From an uncultured delta proteobacterium (GTDB lineage: Bacteria > Desulfobacterota > RBG-13-43-22), in NCBI GenBank assembly GCA_963711835.1, contig CAVQFQ010000005.1, positions 160,001 through 224,000 on the forward strand: 64,000 bases of DNA, given 5' to 3'. Positions 20,237 to 31,343 of the stretch are shown piece after piece. The position numbers were made by a program, and so were the translations under genes. The notes under the pieces were generated by a model. That model was given only the letters and a program-made list of their open reading frames with translations, was not told the DNA's origin and did not search any database. Positions within the stretch are counted from its first letter, which is position 1; each line of letters starts with the position of its first letter.

Positions 20237-21898
20237 GTGCGTGAACACCTAATCCAACTTCTTCAGGAAGCCTTGCAACGCTACCAGGCAGCCGGGTCCA
20301 ATCCGATGCCCCTTCAGGCTGCCGTTATATTGACGGTCCCCAAAAATGAAGCCTATGGGGACTATGCCACCAACCTGGCTTTGTCCCTGGCCAAGGACCT
20401 GAAGCAGTCGCCGATGAAAATCGCCGAAGAGCTGGTGGCTTATCTCCCCAGTCCGGTAACCTGGCTGGAAAAGGTGGAAGTCGTTAAACCCGGGTTTATC
20501 AACTTTTTTTTAAGAGATCAGGCTTTTCAGTCCCTGCTTCCCGCCATCATTAAGGCCGCCGGGCGCTATGGAGAGGCCTCCTGGGGCGAGGGAGAGCGAA
20601 TACAGATCGAGTTCGTCAGCGCCAACCCCACCGGCCCCCTGCATGTCGGTCATGGCCGGGGGGCGGCCTTAGGCGGGGCCTTGGCCAATCTGCTGCGAAG
20701 CACCGGCCATACCGTGGAAACTGAATATTATCTGAACGACCTGGGAACCCAGATGGAAACCCTGGGACATTCCATTCAGGCCCGCTTCCGGGAATTGAAA
20801 GGAGAAAACCCACCCTTTCCGGAAAACGGCTATCAGGGCGATTACATCCGGGAGATAGCCGCCGACCTGCAGAAACGGGTTAACCAGGGGTCCCTTTCCA
20901 AGGAGGCCTTGGATCTCTCCTTCTTTTCCCGTTACGGCAGAGAAACCATATTGGCGGGGATCCGGGAAGACCTGCAGAACTTTGGTATCCTTTTCGACCA
21001 CTGGTTCAGCGAAGAAAGCTTGGTGCAGCAAGGCCTGGTCAAGGATCTGATCCAAGAGATGAAAAACAAGGCCCTTTTCTACGATCAGGAAGGCGCCCTT
21101 TGGTTTAAAAGCAGTGCCTTTGGAGATGATAAAGACCGGGTTGTGGTTCGGAGCAATGGGGCACTGACCTACTTTGCTACGGATATCGCTTACCATCATC
21201 AAAAATTCGGACGAGGATTTCAGCGCTTAATCGATATCTGGGGGGCCGATCATCACGGCTATGTCCCGCGTTTAAAAGCCGCCCTGGGCGCCCTGGGCTA
21301 TGAACCCGACCGCCTCAGGGTCGTCCTGGTCCAACTGGTCAACCTCCTGCGCCAGGGGAAGCCGGTGGCCATGTCCACCCGGGCCGGTGAATTTGTTACC
21401 CTGCGGGAGGTGCTGGAGGAAGTGGGAAAGGATGCCGCCCGTTTTATCTTTCTAACCCGCCGGTCGGACAGCCCCTTGGATTTTGATCTGGATCTGGCCA
21501 AAAAACAAAGCAATGAAAACCCGGTTTATTACGTCCAATACGCCCATGCCCGGGTCTGCAGTGTATTAGCCCTGGCCCGTTCCCAGGGGATTGACCCGGC
21601 CGGATTGAAGGGCGGGAGCCTTTCCCGTTTGACCCTGCCTGAGGAAAGACGCCTTTGTAAAACCCTGGCCGAATACCCGGAGGAGGTCACCCAGTCGGCC
21701 GCCAGGCTGGAACCTCACCGTCTTCCCTTCTACTTGGGTGAATTGGCGGCCCAGTTTCATTATTATTATAATCAGCATCGCTTCTTGACCGAAGACCGGG
21801 ATCTGACGGAGGCCCGCCTGATGCTGGTCCAGTCCATAGGCATTGTCATCAATAACGCTTTAACCCTTTTAGGAGTCGAGGCTCCGGAAAAGATGTAG
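20237..21898 (+). CDS. argS: arginine--tRNA ligase
   Basis: EFVSANPTGPLHVGHGR HIGH motif, MSTRAG, YVQYAHAR. Probable GTG start at 20237; the ORF-track extension lies inside MITE B1. Confidence 0.97.
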   Translation: MREHLIQLLQEALQRYQAAGSNPMPLQAAVILTVPKNEAYGDYATNLALSLAKDLKQSPMKIAEELVAYLPSPVTWLEKVEVVKPGFINFFLRDQAFQSLLPAIIKAAGRYGEASWGEGERIQIEFVSANPTGPLHVGHGRGAALGGALANLLRSTGHTVETEYYLNDLGTQMETLGHSIQARFRELKGENPPFPENGYQGDYIREIAADLQKRVNQGSLSKEALDLSFFSRYGRETILAGIREDLQNFGILFDHWFSEESLVQQGLVKDLIQEMKNKALFYDQEGALWFKSSAFGDDKDRVVVRSNGALTYFATDIAYHHQKFGRGFQRLIDIWGADHHGYVPRLKAALGALGYEPDRLRVVLVQLVNLLRQGKPVAMSTRAGEFVTLREVLEEVGKDAARFIFLTRRSDSPLDFDLDLAKKQSNENPVYYVQYAHARVCSVLALARSQGIDPAGLKGGSLSRLTLPEERRLCKTLAEYPEEVTQSAARLEPHRLPFYLGELAAQFHYYYNQHRFLTEDRDLTEARLMLVQSIGIVINNALTLLGVEAPEKM

Positions 21899-21908
21899 AG
21901 GGACAAAC

Positions 21909-22637
21909 ATGCCGCAACCCTACAACCGAATGAAACGCTACTTTATCGAACTCAGCCGGACCCAACTTTTTTTGAGTATTGCCGGAGCGCTTTTTATCCT
22001 GACCTGGGTCTTTATCTTGGGGATCATCGTGGGCCGGGGGATTGTTTCCGATACCATCACCCGGGCCTTTAGGGACCAGATCGCCAAACTCCAGGCTGAA
22101 AAAAAGGAATTAATGGACAAGTATCTGGTTCAGGAGCAACCAGGCCAACCCAGCCAGCAGGAAACCCTGAAACCCCAATTGGATTTCTATGATAAGTTGT
22201 CCAAAAAAGGGGCCGGCGAACCCCTGGTAACAGCGTTGCCGCCGACGGCCCCCCAAGCACCCGCTCAAGCGACTCCGGAACCGGCGGTCCAAAAGCCGGC
22301 CCAGACGGCTGTACCCGAAAAGGCCAAAATAGAAAAGAAAGAACCGCCGGCCGAGGCCAAGGTCAAGCGGGAGCCAAAAATTGGCCTTCCGGAAACCGGC
22401 GCCTTCCTTCTTCAGATAGGCGCCTATCGGGAGGAGGCCACCGCCCAATCCAGCTTTAACCGCTTAAAAGAGAAAGGCTATCCGGCCCAACTCAGACTGA
22501 AAGATATCCCTCAAAAAGGAGGGAAATGGTATCGGGTTCAACTGGGACCCTATAAAACCAGGGCCGAAGCTGAAAAAGTCCTTTCCAAACTGGCTCAGGA
22601 CGGCTTTCAGGCCCTGCTCATTTCAAAAAAAGATTAA
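21909..22637 (+). CDS. SPOR-domain cell division protein (FtsN/DedD-like)
   Basis: Single TM helix, Pro/Ala linker, LQIGAY...WYRVQLGPY SPOR domain; downstream of argS. Confidence 0.88.
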   Translation: MPQPYNRMKRYFIELSRTQLFLSIAGALFILTWVFILGIIVGRGIVSDTITRAFRDQIAKLQAEKKELMDKYLVQEQPGQPSQQETLKPQLDFYDKLSKKGAGEPLVTALPPTAPQAPAQATPEPAVQKPAQTAVPEKAKIEKKEPPAEAKVKREPKIGLPETGAFLLQIGAYREEATAQSSFNRLKEKGYPAQLRLKDIPQKGGKWYRVQLGPYKTRAEAEKVLSKLAQDGFQALLISKKD

Positions 22638-22649
22638 GGCCGGAGGGTC

Positions 22650-23105
22650 ATGATCCGCAAAGCCACCATGAGGGATGTGAAGCCTATTCAGAAACTGCTG
22701 GAGACCTATGCCCAGCAAGGATTGCTGCTCCCCCGGTCTTTGAATGAGCTTTATGGGAACCTCCGGGATTATTATGTTTATGTCCCGGAGGACAAAGAGC
22801 AGGTGGCCGGCACCTGCGCCCTGCACCTTTGCTGGGAAGACCTGTCTGAAATCAAGTCCCTGGCCGTTAAGAAATCTTATTCCGGAAAGGGCATCGGCAC
22901 CCGGTTGGTCGAGGCCTGCATTTCCGAAGCCATTACCCTGGGCTTGTATAAGATCTTTGCCCTGACCTATCGGGCCAGTTTTTTTGAGCGGATCGGTTTC
23001 CGGGTCGTTGATAAAAACCGCTTGCCCCATAAAATATGGGCCGATTGTTTGAATTGCGTAAAATTTCCCGAGTGCGACGAAGTCGCCCTCCTTCTGGAAG
23101 TGTAA
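22650..23105 (+). CDS. GNAT N-acetyltransferase (short N-acetylglutamate synthase, ArgA-like)
   Basis: LLPRSLNELY, EIKSLAV, GKGIG, LPHKIWADC..C.KFP.CDE; arg gene context. Confidence 0.85.
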   Translation: MIRKATMRDVKPIQKLLETYAQQGLLLPRSLNELYGNLRDYYVYVPEDKEQVAGTCALHLCWEDLSEIKSLAVKKSYSGKGIGTRLVEACISEAITLGLYKIFALTYRASFFERIGFRVVDKNRLPHKIWADCLNCVKFPECDEVALLLEV

Positions 23106-23114
23106 ATTTTTTTA

Positions 23115-23204
23115 ACCACAGCCCCGCACAGACAGATTTTTTCTGTCCGGCAAAGGTGGCCGGACAAGAAAACGGGTCTTCTCAGGTCCGTGTCCATCTG
23201 GGGC
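23115..23204. repeat. ~90-nt intergenic hairpin element
   Basis: Outer arms ccacag..gcacagac / gtccgtgtccatctgggg; inner arms tttctgtccggc / gccggacaagaaa. Confidence 0.55.
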
Positions 23205-23223
23205 AAGGAATAAAGGTTTTTTT

Positions 23224-25743
23224 ATGTTAGGAAGTTTGATTAAGAAAGTTATCGGGACCAAGAATGACCGGGAATTGGCCCGGATGTCCCCGCTGGTGGA
23301 CCAGATCAATGAATTCGAGCGGGAGTTTCGCAAGCTGAGCGATGCCCGGCTTCAAGCCAAGACCGGCCAATTCAAAGAAAGAATCGCTCAGGGAATGGCC
23401 CTGGATGAACTGCTCCCGGAGGCCTTTGCCGTGGTCCGAGAAGCCTCGATCCGGGTCTTAGGCCTGCGCCCCTTCGATGTCCAGATGATCGGAGGCCTTG
23501 TCCTCCATGAAGGTAAGATCGCCGAGATGAAGACCGGTGAAGGAAAAACCCTGGCCGCCACCATGCCGATTTACCTGAATGCCTTAAGCGGCGAAGGAAG
23601 CCATGTGGTGACCGTAAACGACTATCTGGCCCGCCGTGACAGCGAATGGATGGGAGGGATCTATAAATTTCTGGGCCTATCCGTGGGAGTGATCGTCCAC
23701 GATCTGGATAAAGAGGCCCGGCGGAAGGCCTATGGAGCGGATGTCACCTACGGAACCAACAACGAATTCGGCTTCGATTACCTCCGGGACAATATGGAAT
23801 TTTCACTGCAGGATTATGTCCAACGGCCCTTTAATTACGCCATCGTGGACGAAGTGGACAGTATTTTGATTGATGAAGCCCGAACCCCCCTGATTATCTC
23901 GGGGCCGGCCGAAAAATCAACCAAGATGTATTATGACATCAATCAGATCATCCCCCGCCTGCACCGGGATCAGGATTACAGCATCGAAGAAAAAACCCGG
24001 ACCGTGGTCCTGACGGAAACCGGCGTGGCCCATGCCGAAAAATTATTGAAGATCGAAAACCTCTACGACCCCAAATATATGCTTATGGTTCATCATATCA
24101 ACCAGGCCCTCAAGGCCCATACTCTTTTTAAAAGGGATGTGGACTATATCGTCAAAGAGGGCGAGGTCATTATCGTCGATGAATTCACCGGCCGCTTGAT
24201 GCCCGGCCGGAGATACAGCGAAGGCCTGCACCAGGCCCTGGAGGCCAAGGAAGGGGTTCGCATCGAAAACGAAAACCAGACCCTGGCCACCATCACCTTC
24301 CAGAACTTCTTCCGCATGTACAAAAAATTATCCGGCATGACCGGAACTGCGGATACGGAAGCCCCGGAATTTAAAAAGATCTACAACCTGGAAGTAGTGG
24401 TCATCCCCACTCACAAGAAAATGATCCGCGACGATTATCCGGACGCCATCTACCGGAATGAAGAGGAAAAATTCAAAGCCATTGTCGAGGAGATCAAACA
24501 TCTGAATAAGAAGGGCCAGCCGGTTCTGGTAGGCACCATTTCCATTGAAAAATCGGAACGTCTTTCCAAAACGCTGGGGCGGGAAGGGATCAAACATTCG
24601 GTCTTAAATGCCAAGAATCACCAGTTGGAAGCCGAAATAGTGGCCCGGGCCGGCCAGAAAGAGGTGGTGACCCTCTCCACCAACATGGCCGGCCGCGGCA
24701 CCGACATTGTGCTGGGTGAGGGGGTGACCGAATTGGGCGGCCTTCATATCCTGGGAACGGAACGCCATGAAGCCCGGCGGATCGACAACCAGCTTCGAGG
24801 CCGCTCCGGACGGCAGGGAGACCAGGGCAGTTCCCGATTTTTCCTTTCCCTGGAGGATGATCTGCTGCGGATATTCGGGTCGGACCGTATCGCCGGGATC
24901 ATGGGCAAGATGGGCATGGACGACGGGGAACCTATCGAGCACTCCCTGATCTCCAAGGCCATCGAAAATGCCCAGCGCCGGGTCGAAGGCCACAACTTTG
25001 AAATCCGGAAGCACCTCCTGGAATTCGACGATGTCATGAACAAGCAGCGGGAGGTCATCTACGGCCAGCGCCGCCGGGTCCTGGAGGGAAAAGACCTCAG
25101 GGAAATGATCCAGGAAATGACCCAGGAAATTCTGGACGGCATCATGGACCTCTTTCTGAATGATAAGCTGCCCCCTGAGGAATGGGACTTTAAAGCCCTG
25201 TCGGACCGGCTCTTTCAGCAATTCTCGGTTAAGGTTTCCTTCCCCAACCCGGATGAAATTCAGGACCTTGAGGAACTGAAGGAAAAAATCCAGGACCAGG
25301 TCTGGGGGACTTATTTACAGAAAGTGGCCACCATCGGTCCGGAGCTGATGGCTTCCCTGGAACAGATGATCATGCTCGAGACCATCGATAACTCCTGGAA
25401 AGATCATCTGCTGAGCATGGACCATTTAAAAGAGGGCATCGGCTTGCGGGGCTACGGCCAGCGGGACCCATTGCGGGAGTACCAGCGCGAAGGGTACGAA
25501 CTGTTCCTGGATATGATAGAACGGGTCAAGGAACAGACCGTAGCCAATCTCTTCCGCATCCAGCTGGCCCGGGAAGCCGATCAGGCGCAACTGGCCGCCC
25601 GGGAAGAACGGCCTGTCTTCTTCAGTCATGGGGGGGATGAAAGCCCGGAGCCGAAAAAACGAGAAGCGAAAAAGGTAGGAAGAAATGAACCCTGTCCCTG
25701 CGGAAGCGGCAAAAAATATAAAAGGTGTTGCGGCCAGAAATAA
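23224..25743 (+). CDS. secA: preprotein translocase subunit SecA
   Basis: [40 protein letters not shown]-terminal [17 protein letters not shown]. Confidence 0.99.
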   Translation: MLGSLIKKVIGTKNDRELARMSPLVDQINEFEREFRKLSDARLQAKTGQFKERIAQGMALDELLPEAFAVVREASIRVLGLRPFDVQMIGGLVLHEGKIAEMKTGEGKTLAATMPIYLNALSGEGSHVVTVNDYLARRDSEWMGGIYKFLGLSVGVIVHDLDKEARRKAYGADVTYGTNNEFGFDYLRDNMEFSLQDYVQRPFNYAIVDEVDSILIDEARTPLIISGPAEKSTKMYYDINQIIPRLHRDQDYSIEEKTRTVVLTETGVAHAEKLLKIENLYDPKYMLMVHHINQALKAHTLFKRDVDYIVKEGEVIIVDEFTGRLMPGRRYSEGLHQALEAKEGVRIENENQTLATITFQNFFRMYKKLSGMTGTADTEAPEFKKIYNLEVVVIPTHKKMIRDDYPDAIYRNEEEKFKAIVEEIKHLNKKGQPVLVGTISIEKSERLSKTLGREGIKHSVLNAKNHQLEAEIVARAGQKEVVTLSTNMAGRGTDIVLGEGVTELGGLHILGTERHEARRIDNQLRGRSGRQGDQGSSRFFLSLEDDLLRIFGSDRIAGIMGKMGMDDGEPIEHSLISKAIENAQRRVEGHNFEIRKHLLEFDDVMNKQREVIYGQRRRVLEGKDLREMIQEMTQEILDGIMDLFLNDKLPPEEWDFKALSDRLFQQFSVKVSFPNPDEIQDLEELKEKIQDQVWGTYLQKVATIGPELMASLEQMIMLETIDNSWKDHLLSMDHLKEGIGLRGYGQRDPLREYQREGYELFLDMIERVKEQTVANLFRIQLAREADQAQLAAREERPVFFSHGGDESPEPKKREAKKVGRNEPCPCGSGKKYKRCCGQK

Positions 25744-26936
25744 GGCCTTCCAGGTCCGAGGCTTTCTGGGAGCTACGGTCAGGGCCGAAATCAAAAAAGG
25801 GGCCGTCCGTCCCGACCTGGGCCTGATTTTCTCCCGGGTTCCGGCCGCGATGGCCGGGGTGTTTACCCGGAACCTGGTTAAAGCCGCCCCGCTGCTGCTG
25901 GATCAGGAAAGGATTAAGGAAGGCCGCGGCCAGGCCCTCCTGGTTAACAGCGGCAATGCCAATGCCTGCACCGGAAAAGCCGGTCTTAAGGACGCCCGGA
26001 TGTTGGCCGGAAAGGTGGCCGACCTGTTGGCGATTCCGGCCGATTCGGTCTTCCTGGCCTCCACGGGCGTGATCGGACAGCGTCTTCCGGCGGCCCGTAT
26101 GGCCCGGGCCATCCCGGAACTGGTTAAGGCCCTTTCTCCGCTGAAGCTTTCCGGCCTCTCGGAGGCCATCATGACCACCGACACCTTTCCCAAACTCCTC
26201 TCCGGAGAAATTCACTTTGGGAAAAATAAAGCGGCCCTGGTGGCTATGGCTAAAGGTGCGGGAATGATCCACCCGAACATGGCCACCATGCTCTCCTTTG
26301 TCTTGACCGATCTGGCCGTGTCCCCGGCCCTGCTCCAAACCTTTTTGACATAAGGCCGTGGACCGGTCATTCAACCGCATCTCGGTGGATGGGGATACCA
26401 GCACCAATGACCTGGTCCTGGTCATGGCCAACGGCTTGGCCGGGAATCGGACTATCGAAAACAGCGGCGACCCGGGGGCCAGGGAATTCAGCCGGACTTT
26501 GGACCGGCTTCTCCTGGAACTGGCCAAAATGATTGTTCTGGATGGAGAAGGGGCGACCAAATTTATAACCCTGGAGATTACCGGGGCCCGGACCAAAGGA
26601 GAAGCGGATCTTCTGGCCAAAACCGTGGCCACCTCCCCCCTGGTCAAGACCGCTTTCTTCGGCATGGATGCCAACTGGGGCCGGATTCTGGCGGCCCTGG
26701 GGCGTTCCGGAGTTTCCTTTGACCCGGATCAGGTTGACCTCTATTTCAACCGGGTCCAGGTGGTCCGGAAGGGCCTCTCCGCCGGTCTGGAAAAAGAGCG
26801 GCAAGCCGGCAAGATCTTAAAGAACCGCTCTCTGACCGTCCGCATCGACCTCCATCAGGGCCAAGCCAGGACCCTTCTCTATACCTGCGACCTCTCCCTG
26901 GATTACGTCCGGATCAATGCCCACTACAGGACCTAA
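25685..26936 (+). CDS. argJ: bifunctional ornithine acetyltransferase ArgJ (+1 frameshift near 26351)
   Basis: [29 protein letters not shown] | [28 protein letters not shown]; one extra base splits the ORF. Confidence 0.92.
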
Positions 26937-27028
26937 AAACCGTTAGGCGTTAGAGCGTCAGGGGCATTGTCTCCTTTTCTTTGCTCCACAAAATAGCAAG
27001 GAATGGGCCGAATATGAAACTATCTGTG

Positions 27029-27101
27029 GCCGAACGCCCAGCTTGAGAGGTGCGAATGGAGCGTAGCGTAATGAGCATCCTTCTCCAAGCTGATCTTCGG
27101 C
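27029..27101 (-). other. integron attC site 1
   Basis: Minus strand GCCGAAG...GTTCGGC; cagcttg/caagctg stem with an extrahelical base; 4 nt past the ParE stop. Confidence 0.75.
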
Positions 27102-27105
27102 AAAT

Positions 27106-27393
27106 TCATATTCGATCCTTCCAATAATCAGGTTTTCTGTGAAGATTCGCGATTGCCACAACCAGGATTTCTTGTTCCCGTATTTGGTAAAATTCCGTAT
27201 GGAAAACGCCGAGTCTGACATCGCCTGCCCGTTTTGAACAGGGATGCCATGCTACAGGAAATTCACCAATCCTATCCAGAGCATTCAACACCTCGGTCAG
27301 AAATGTATCGCCAAGACCAGAGACCTCGTAATTGTAATACTCGATGGTTTCATCCAACTCGATTTGGGCAATCTCTATAAAATTTATCTTCAT
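27106..27393 (-). CDS. RelE/ParE family toxin (two compensating internal frameshifts)
   Basis: AQIELDETIEYY..LGDTF; a shifted frame restores RRCQTRRFPYGI; VAIANLHRKPDYW. Confidence 0.85.
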   Translation of the reverse strand: MKINFIEIAQIELDETIEYYNYEVSGLGDTFLTEVLNALDRIGEFPVAWHPCSKRAGDVRLGVFHTEFYQIREQEILVVAIANLHRKPDYWKDRI

Positions 27394-27401
27394 TTTTTAC
27401 T

Positions 27402-27614
27402 TTACCTATATTTTTCAAGGACTTTTTCTAAAGATACTGCCTTGAGCTTTCCTTGATCATAGGCATCAATCCTATCTTCAGCCTCTTTAGCCCATAATTC
27501 GTCAATTTCGGTATCGGGTTTATCAAGAGTGGAAATCAGCTTATCGATGAGTTGTGCCTTTTCAGAAGGTCTAAGCGTTAATGCCTCTTTAAAAATATTA
27601 TCTGTGGTAGTCAT
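27402..27614 (-). CDS. putative addiction module antitoxin
   Basis: EALTL.PSEKAQLIDKL..SLD-like, IDELWAKEAEDRIDAY..G; upstream of ParE. Confidence 0.88.
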   Translation of the reverse strand: MTTTDNIFKEALTLRPSEKAQLIDKLISTLDKPDTEIDELWAKEAEDRIDAYDQGKLKAVSLEKVLEKYR

Positions 27615-27668
27615 TTTATCCTCCCTACGGTTTCTTATTATTTTAAATCATTTTCTTATAATCATCAT

Positions 27669-27724
27669 GCCGAACGTACAAATCAGCGACGCCGGTAGGC
27701 GTCCGCTTAATTGCCAGGTTGGGC
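27669..27724 (-). other. integron attC site 2
   Basis: Minus strand GCCCAAC...GTTCGGC; caaatcagcg/cgcttaattg and acgcc/ggcgt stems with an extrahelical base. Confidence 0.85.
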
Positions 27725-27788
27725 GAATCGTGAGCCATTCGCACCACCGGGAGTTGCCTCATAGAACGCAATCAGCCATTGCCAAAAG

Positions 27789-28484
27789 CTATTCACCAGA
27801 ATTTTGGCGTAGATGGTCGAGCGTACGGCGGAACCCGTCGGCCGTATAGTCTCCTCGATACGACCTCAAAGATCTTATGGTCCAACCATGGTCGGCATCT
27901 GGATACTCAACGACTTCCAACATGACTTTGCCTCCGCTCGTCTTTGCAGCACTAGCCAACTTCCGGGCTGTTTCAATTAGGCAGCAGTTCTTGTAGGTAT
28001 CGCGCCCCCCGGCAAACATCAGTGTTGGCACCTTGATCTTTGAGACAAAGGCGTCTGCATCTGTGATGTAGTAGGTTGCCGGATAGGAAACTACAACCGC
28101 TGAAACCAACTCCTGCATCCGTGTCGCATAGGTCAGGGAAGAGGCCCCGCCGAGAGAAAAGCCAATCACCGCGACCTTGCCCGGCAAAGCGTGGGGCGAC
28201 TGTTGTGCGCGAGTAATAACACCCTTCAGGAGAGCCTCGCCACCACCACCCTTGACCCAGAAGTCATTACCGTCGACAAGAACTGCGTAATAGCCTTTCT
28301 CGGCGAGATCCTTTGCATAGTACGCGTAGTTGCCTGGACCCGTTTGTCCGGAGACGACAACGACCACTCTCCCTTTCCCGTTCGGCGGTTCATATTCCTT
28401 CTGGGAAGGCAGAGAGTCTTCCGCGTAAGCCCGACTCAGGCAGACAAAGAGCATTATTGCGATGACACGACAAACTACTCTCAT
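27789..28484 (-). CDS. dienelactone hydrolase family alpha/beta hydrolase (secreted)
   Basis: GFSLGG nucleophile elbow, PTLMFAGGRD, YPDADHGW; start MRVVCRV after a GAGGAGG RBS. Confidence 0.85.
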   Translation of the reverse strand: MRVVCRVIAIMLFVCLSRAYAEDSLPSQKEYEPPNGKGRVVVVVSGQTGPGNYAYYAKDLAEKGYYAVLVDGNDFWVKGGGGEALLKGVITRAQQSPHALPGKVAVIGFSLGGASSLTYATRMQELVSAVVVSYPATYYITDADAFVSKIKVPTLMFAGGRDTYKNCCLIETARKLASAAKTSGGKVMLEVVEYPDADHGWTIRSLRSYRGDYTADGFRRTLDHLRQNSGE

Positions 28485-28527
28485 GACAAATCCTCCTCTG
28501 ATTTTTTGGCATTGGGTCGGACCATCC

Positions 28528-29268
28528 CTATAGCTTCGACTCAATCCCTTCCTTTCTTTTTCCGAAAGTTTGCTCATAAGTTAAATAAGAGCCTAATCTC
28601 ACTATTAAGAATAGAGCGCAAATTATCAGTACGACGTCAACATAGGCCCCTAACCTGAAAATACCGAAAAAGCCAAAATAGAGAGTTATCAGAGCAACCG
28701 CCGCCTCCAATATAGCTGATCTTGGTTTTTGACTCAGACAGAGAAAACCACAAACGGTTACCATTGTAGGGCAGTTTACCGCCCCCAATGGTGAATATAA
28801 GAATGCCTTCAACCAAACAGGGCTTTCGACCCAATGCAAGTACCAAAAACCGAATACCAACCCAAGAATGCCGAAAAATAAATTGACCGGTGCAATATTC
28901 CTAAGATCAAAGGTCAGCTTCTTTGTAAAGTAGGCATGAATAATGAGGACAAAGAACATCGCGAAAATAATGATATTCGGTGCTATCACATACTTTACTG
29001 AAATGATTGTCGCAGAAAGGGAGAGAAAAGCAATGAATGAAAAAAACAGCCTATTTCTAATCTTCTCAAAAAGTAACCCGAGCCCTATAACCACTAAGAA
29101 CAAGATGTGTACGAAAGCTGAATAGGTTTTTACTTCCTTTGAAACATTTTCCAGCATGCTTGTAATTGCTTCAGGTGTTTTCATGAAAGTAAGGACAAAA
29201 ATAGCCAAAAGCAGCAACCCAAGAACAATCCACTTCATTCTATTTTTCATGGATTCCCCTCCATACAA
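28528..29268 (-). CDS. hypothetical multi-pass membrane protein
   Basis: About 8 hydrophobic segments, SPLGAVNCPT motif; AT-rich, cassette-like. Confidence 0.7.
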   Translation of the reverse strand: MYGGESMKNRMKWIVLGLLLLAIFVLTFMKTPEAITSMLENVSKEVKTYSAFVHILFLVVIGLGLLFEKIRNRLFFSFIAFLSLSATIISVKYVIAPNIIIFAMFFVLIIHAYFTKKLTFDLRNIAPVNLFFGILGLVFGFWYLHWVESPVWLKAFLYSPLGAVNCPTMVTVCGFLCLSQKPRSAILEAAVALITLYFGFFGIFRLGAYVDVVLIICALFLIVRLGSYLTYEQTFGKRKEGIESKL

Positions 29269-29323
29269 TGGAATGATTAATCACCAGATATACATTGCTT
29301 TTGAATTTTGTGAAGTCAATTGC

Positions 29324-29382
29324 ACATAACGGGGAGTTGAGCCGCCAAGGTTCGAGGTTGGCTCCAACGTCTTGGGTTGGGC
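29324..29382 (-). other. integron attC site 3
   Basis: Minus strand GCCCAAC...GTTATGT; gttg-agcc / ggct-c-caac stem with an extrahelical base. Confidence 0.8.
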
Positions 29383-29459
29383 AATGCTTTTTCCTCTCGC
29401 CGTTGTCCTCTGTCAGAGGCTGACCCCGCCTCCCGAGATTAACAATCGCCGTATTTTAT

Positions 29460-29849
29460 CTAACCGACAGGTGCCTTGCGCCAGGGATAAAGGGCGAGAA
29501 AAGCCACGACAAAGACAACATCAATGATAGGTACCATTCCCGCCTGGCTGAAGTTAACATTACCTCGAATAATGAAGTATAACGCGGATAATGCGTCAAG
29601 AAGAGACCACGCTATGGCCAATTGTACCCACATAATGTGCTTCAGCGGGTTCCGTGCCGCGATGATAACAAAGACGCCAGCGACGATATAGGATATGCCA
29701 ATGAACGCCAGAAAGTATGGCACGTATGTAGGCGCCTTCTCAAAACCAAACATGGAACATAATTGCTCAGGAGCAAAGACGAACCCAAGACCGAATAAAA
29801 TACCTACCGCCGCCCAAACAATCATCGCTACCGTTAGACCTTTTATCAT
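29460..29849 (-). CDS. hypothetical 4-TM membrane protein
   Basis: Four hydrophobic helices; GGAGGTG RBS. Confidence 0.75.
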   Translation of the reverse strand: MIKGLTVAMIVWAAVGILFGLGFVFAPEQLCSMFGFEKAPTYVPYFLAFIGISYIVAGVFVIIAARNPLKHIMWVQLAIAWSLLDALSALYFIIRGNVNFSQAGMVPIIDVVFVVAFLALYPWRKAPVG

Positions 29850-29940
29850 GGCTCACCTCCATTAGTAAGATTGACGCTATCATACCATGTCGTGTAATCG
29901 CCGCATATGTCATGAACTCGCACTTATCCGGTTGCCTCGT

Positions 29941-30129
29941 TCAGTCCATTACCAGCCTTTGCACTTTTTGATCCAATACGGACAACCCGTATCGCTTCCG
30001 GGCTTCAAAAAGCCATCCCAGCCACCGCTGTCGATCCCTGGCAAATTTTAAAAGGAATTCCCGCTTATGGCATCGATGGGTGATATGCCAAACCTGATTT
30101 GAAACAAAATATCGATTGGCTCGCGGCAT
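29941..30129 (-). pseudogene. truncated Y1/HUH REP-associated-type transposase
   Basis: MPRANRYF...WHITHRCHKREFLLKF.RDR..W N-terminus of the Y1_Tnp family; truncated before the HUH motif. Confidence 0.85.
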
Positions 30130-30235
30130 CGGTGTTCCGCTTAGAAGCCTATTCTCGGGGGTAAAATGGGGACTTTAAGGCTCTTTTTACCCCTTATTTT
30201 TGATATAATTCTCTAAGAATTCAGCTAAAGAGCCA

Positions 30236-31249
30236 CTACACTTTTACGATGAGCTTGCCTTTGTTTGTTCCGTCAAAAAGCTTGTTGATACTCCGAGGTA
30301 CCTGTTCGAGACCCTCGACCACATCAACCCGGTAGCGAAGTTTGCCCTCCCCGTACCATTTCATTAGGTCCGCCATGGCTTCTCCAGCACGGGCAAAGTA
30401 GTCAAGCACAAGGAACCCTTCCATGCGCGCCCGCTTGATGATGAGATTCGCAAGAAAATACGGACCGGGCGCAGGTTCGGTGTTGTTGTACATCGAGATC
30501 ATCCCGCACAGAACAATCCGCGCACGGAGGTTGATAAGCGCAAGGGCAGCGTCCAGCACAGTACCACCGACGTTTTCGTAATGCACGTCGATCCCGTTAG
30601 TGCAGACGTCCTTGAGCCTCTCAAGGACGGGTTCTCTCTTGTAGTTAATGGCGGCATCGAAGCCGAGCTCATCCGTAATCCATGTGCACTTCTCGTCACT
30701 GCCGGCGATCCCCACAACGCGGCACCCCTTGATCTTGCCGATCTGGCCTACCAAAGAGCCAACTGCACCGGCTGCGGCAGAAATCACGAGGGTTTCTCCT
30801 GGCTGGGGCCTGCCGATCTCAAGAAGCCCGAAGTAGGCAGTAAGCCCAACGAGGCCAAAGAGACCGAAGTATGCGGTCAACGGGATGGCGGGGTTTTCCG
30901 GTAGCACCTGCAACCAACTACCGTCTGAAAGGGCGTAATCCTGCCAGCCAAGCATTCCCGATACATAGGCTCCTTCCGGGAACTGGTTATTCCGCGACTG
31001 TTCCACCACCCCAATGGCGCCGCCCCTCATGACTTCTCCAATAGCCACCGGGGGGAGATAGCCCGGAAGGTCCGTTACCCATCCCCGCATCGTGGGATCG
31101 AGGGAAAGGTAGAGGTTGCGGACGAGGACCTGTCCCTCCTTTGGATCTGGTATTGGCTCCTCTCGAAAGGCAAAATCCGACTCCTTGATGAGTCCGACCG
31201 GCCGAGCCGCGAGACACCACTGACGATTCATCGTTCTGCCCGTTGCCAT
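30236..31249 (-). CDS. NADP-dependent oxidoreductase (CurA/PTGR-like MDR family)
   Basis: LAARPVG, YLSLDPTMRGW, SAAAGAVGSLVGQIGK, ENVGG; ATG 31249 lies 30 nt after attC4. Confidence 0.93.
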   Translation of the reverse strand: MATGRTMNRQWCLAARPVGLIKESDFAFREEPIPDPKEGQVLVRNLYLSLDPTMRGWVTDLPGYLPPVAIGEVMRGGAIGVVEQSRNNQFPEGAYVSGMLGWQDYALSDGSWLQVLPENPAIPLTAYFGLFGLVGLTAYFGLLEIGRPQPGETLVISAAAGAVGSLVGQIGKIKGCRVVGIAGSDEKCTWITDELGFDAAINYKREPVLERLKDVCTNGIDVHYENVGGTVLDAALALINLRARIVLCGMISMYNNTEPAPGPYFLANLIIKRARMEGFLVLDYFARAGEAMADLMKWYGEGKLRYRVDVVEGLEQVPRSINKLFDGTNKGKLIVKV

Positions 31250-31279
31250 AGGACACCTCCTTTTTCGTTTTTTTGGCTT

Positions 31280-31343
31280 GCCCAACGGTCGGTTTCACCG
31301 GCGCGGGGCTTTATCAGCGTCCGCGTGGAAACCGTTGTTATGC
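31280..31343 (-). other. integron attC site 4
   Basis: Minus strand GCATAAC...GTTGGGC; cggtttc-ac / gt-g-gaaaccg stem. Confidence 0.87.

Noticed and set aside
25685-26936. Naturally split argJ encoding separate alpha and beta subunits
   Set aside because: The break is about 20 codons after the ATML autocleavage site and is repaired by deleting one base.
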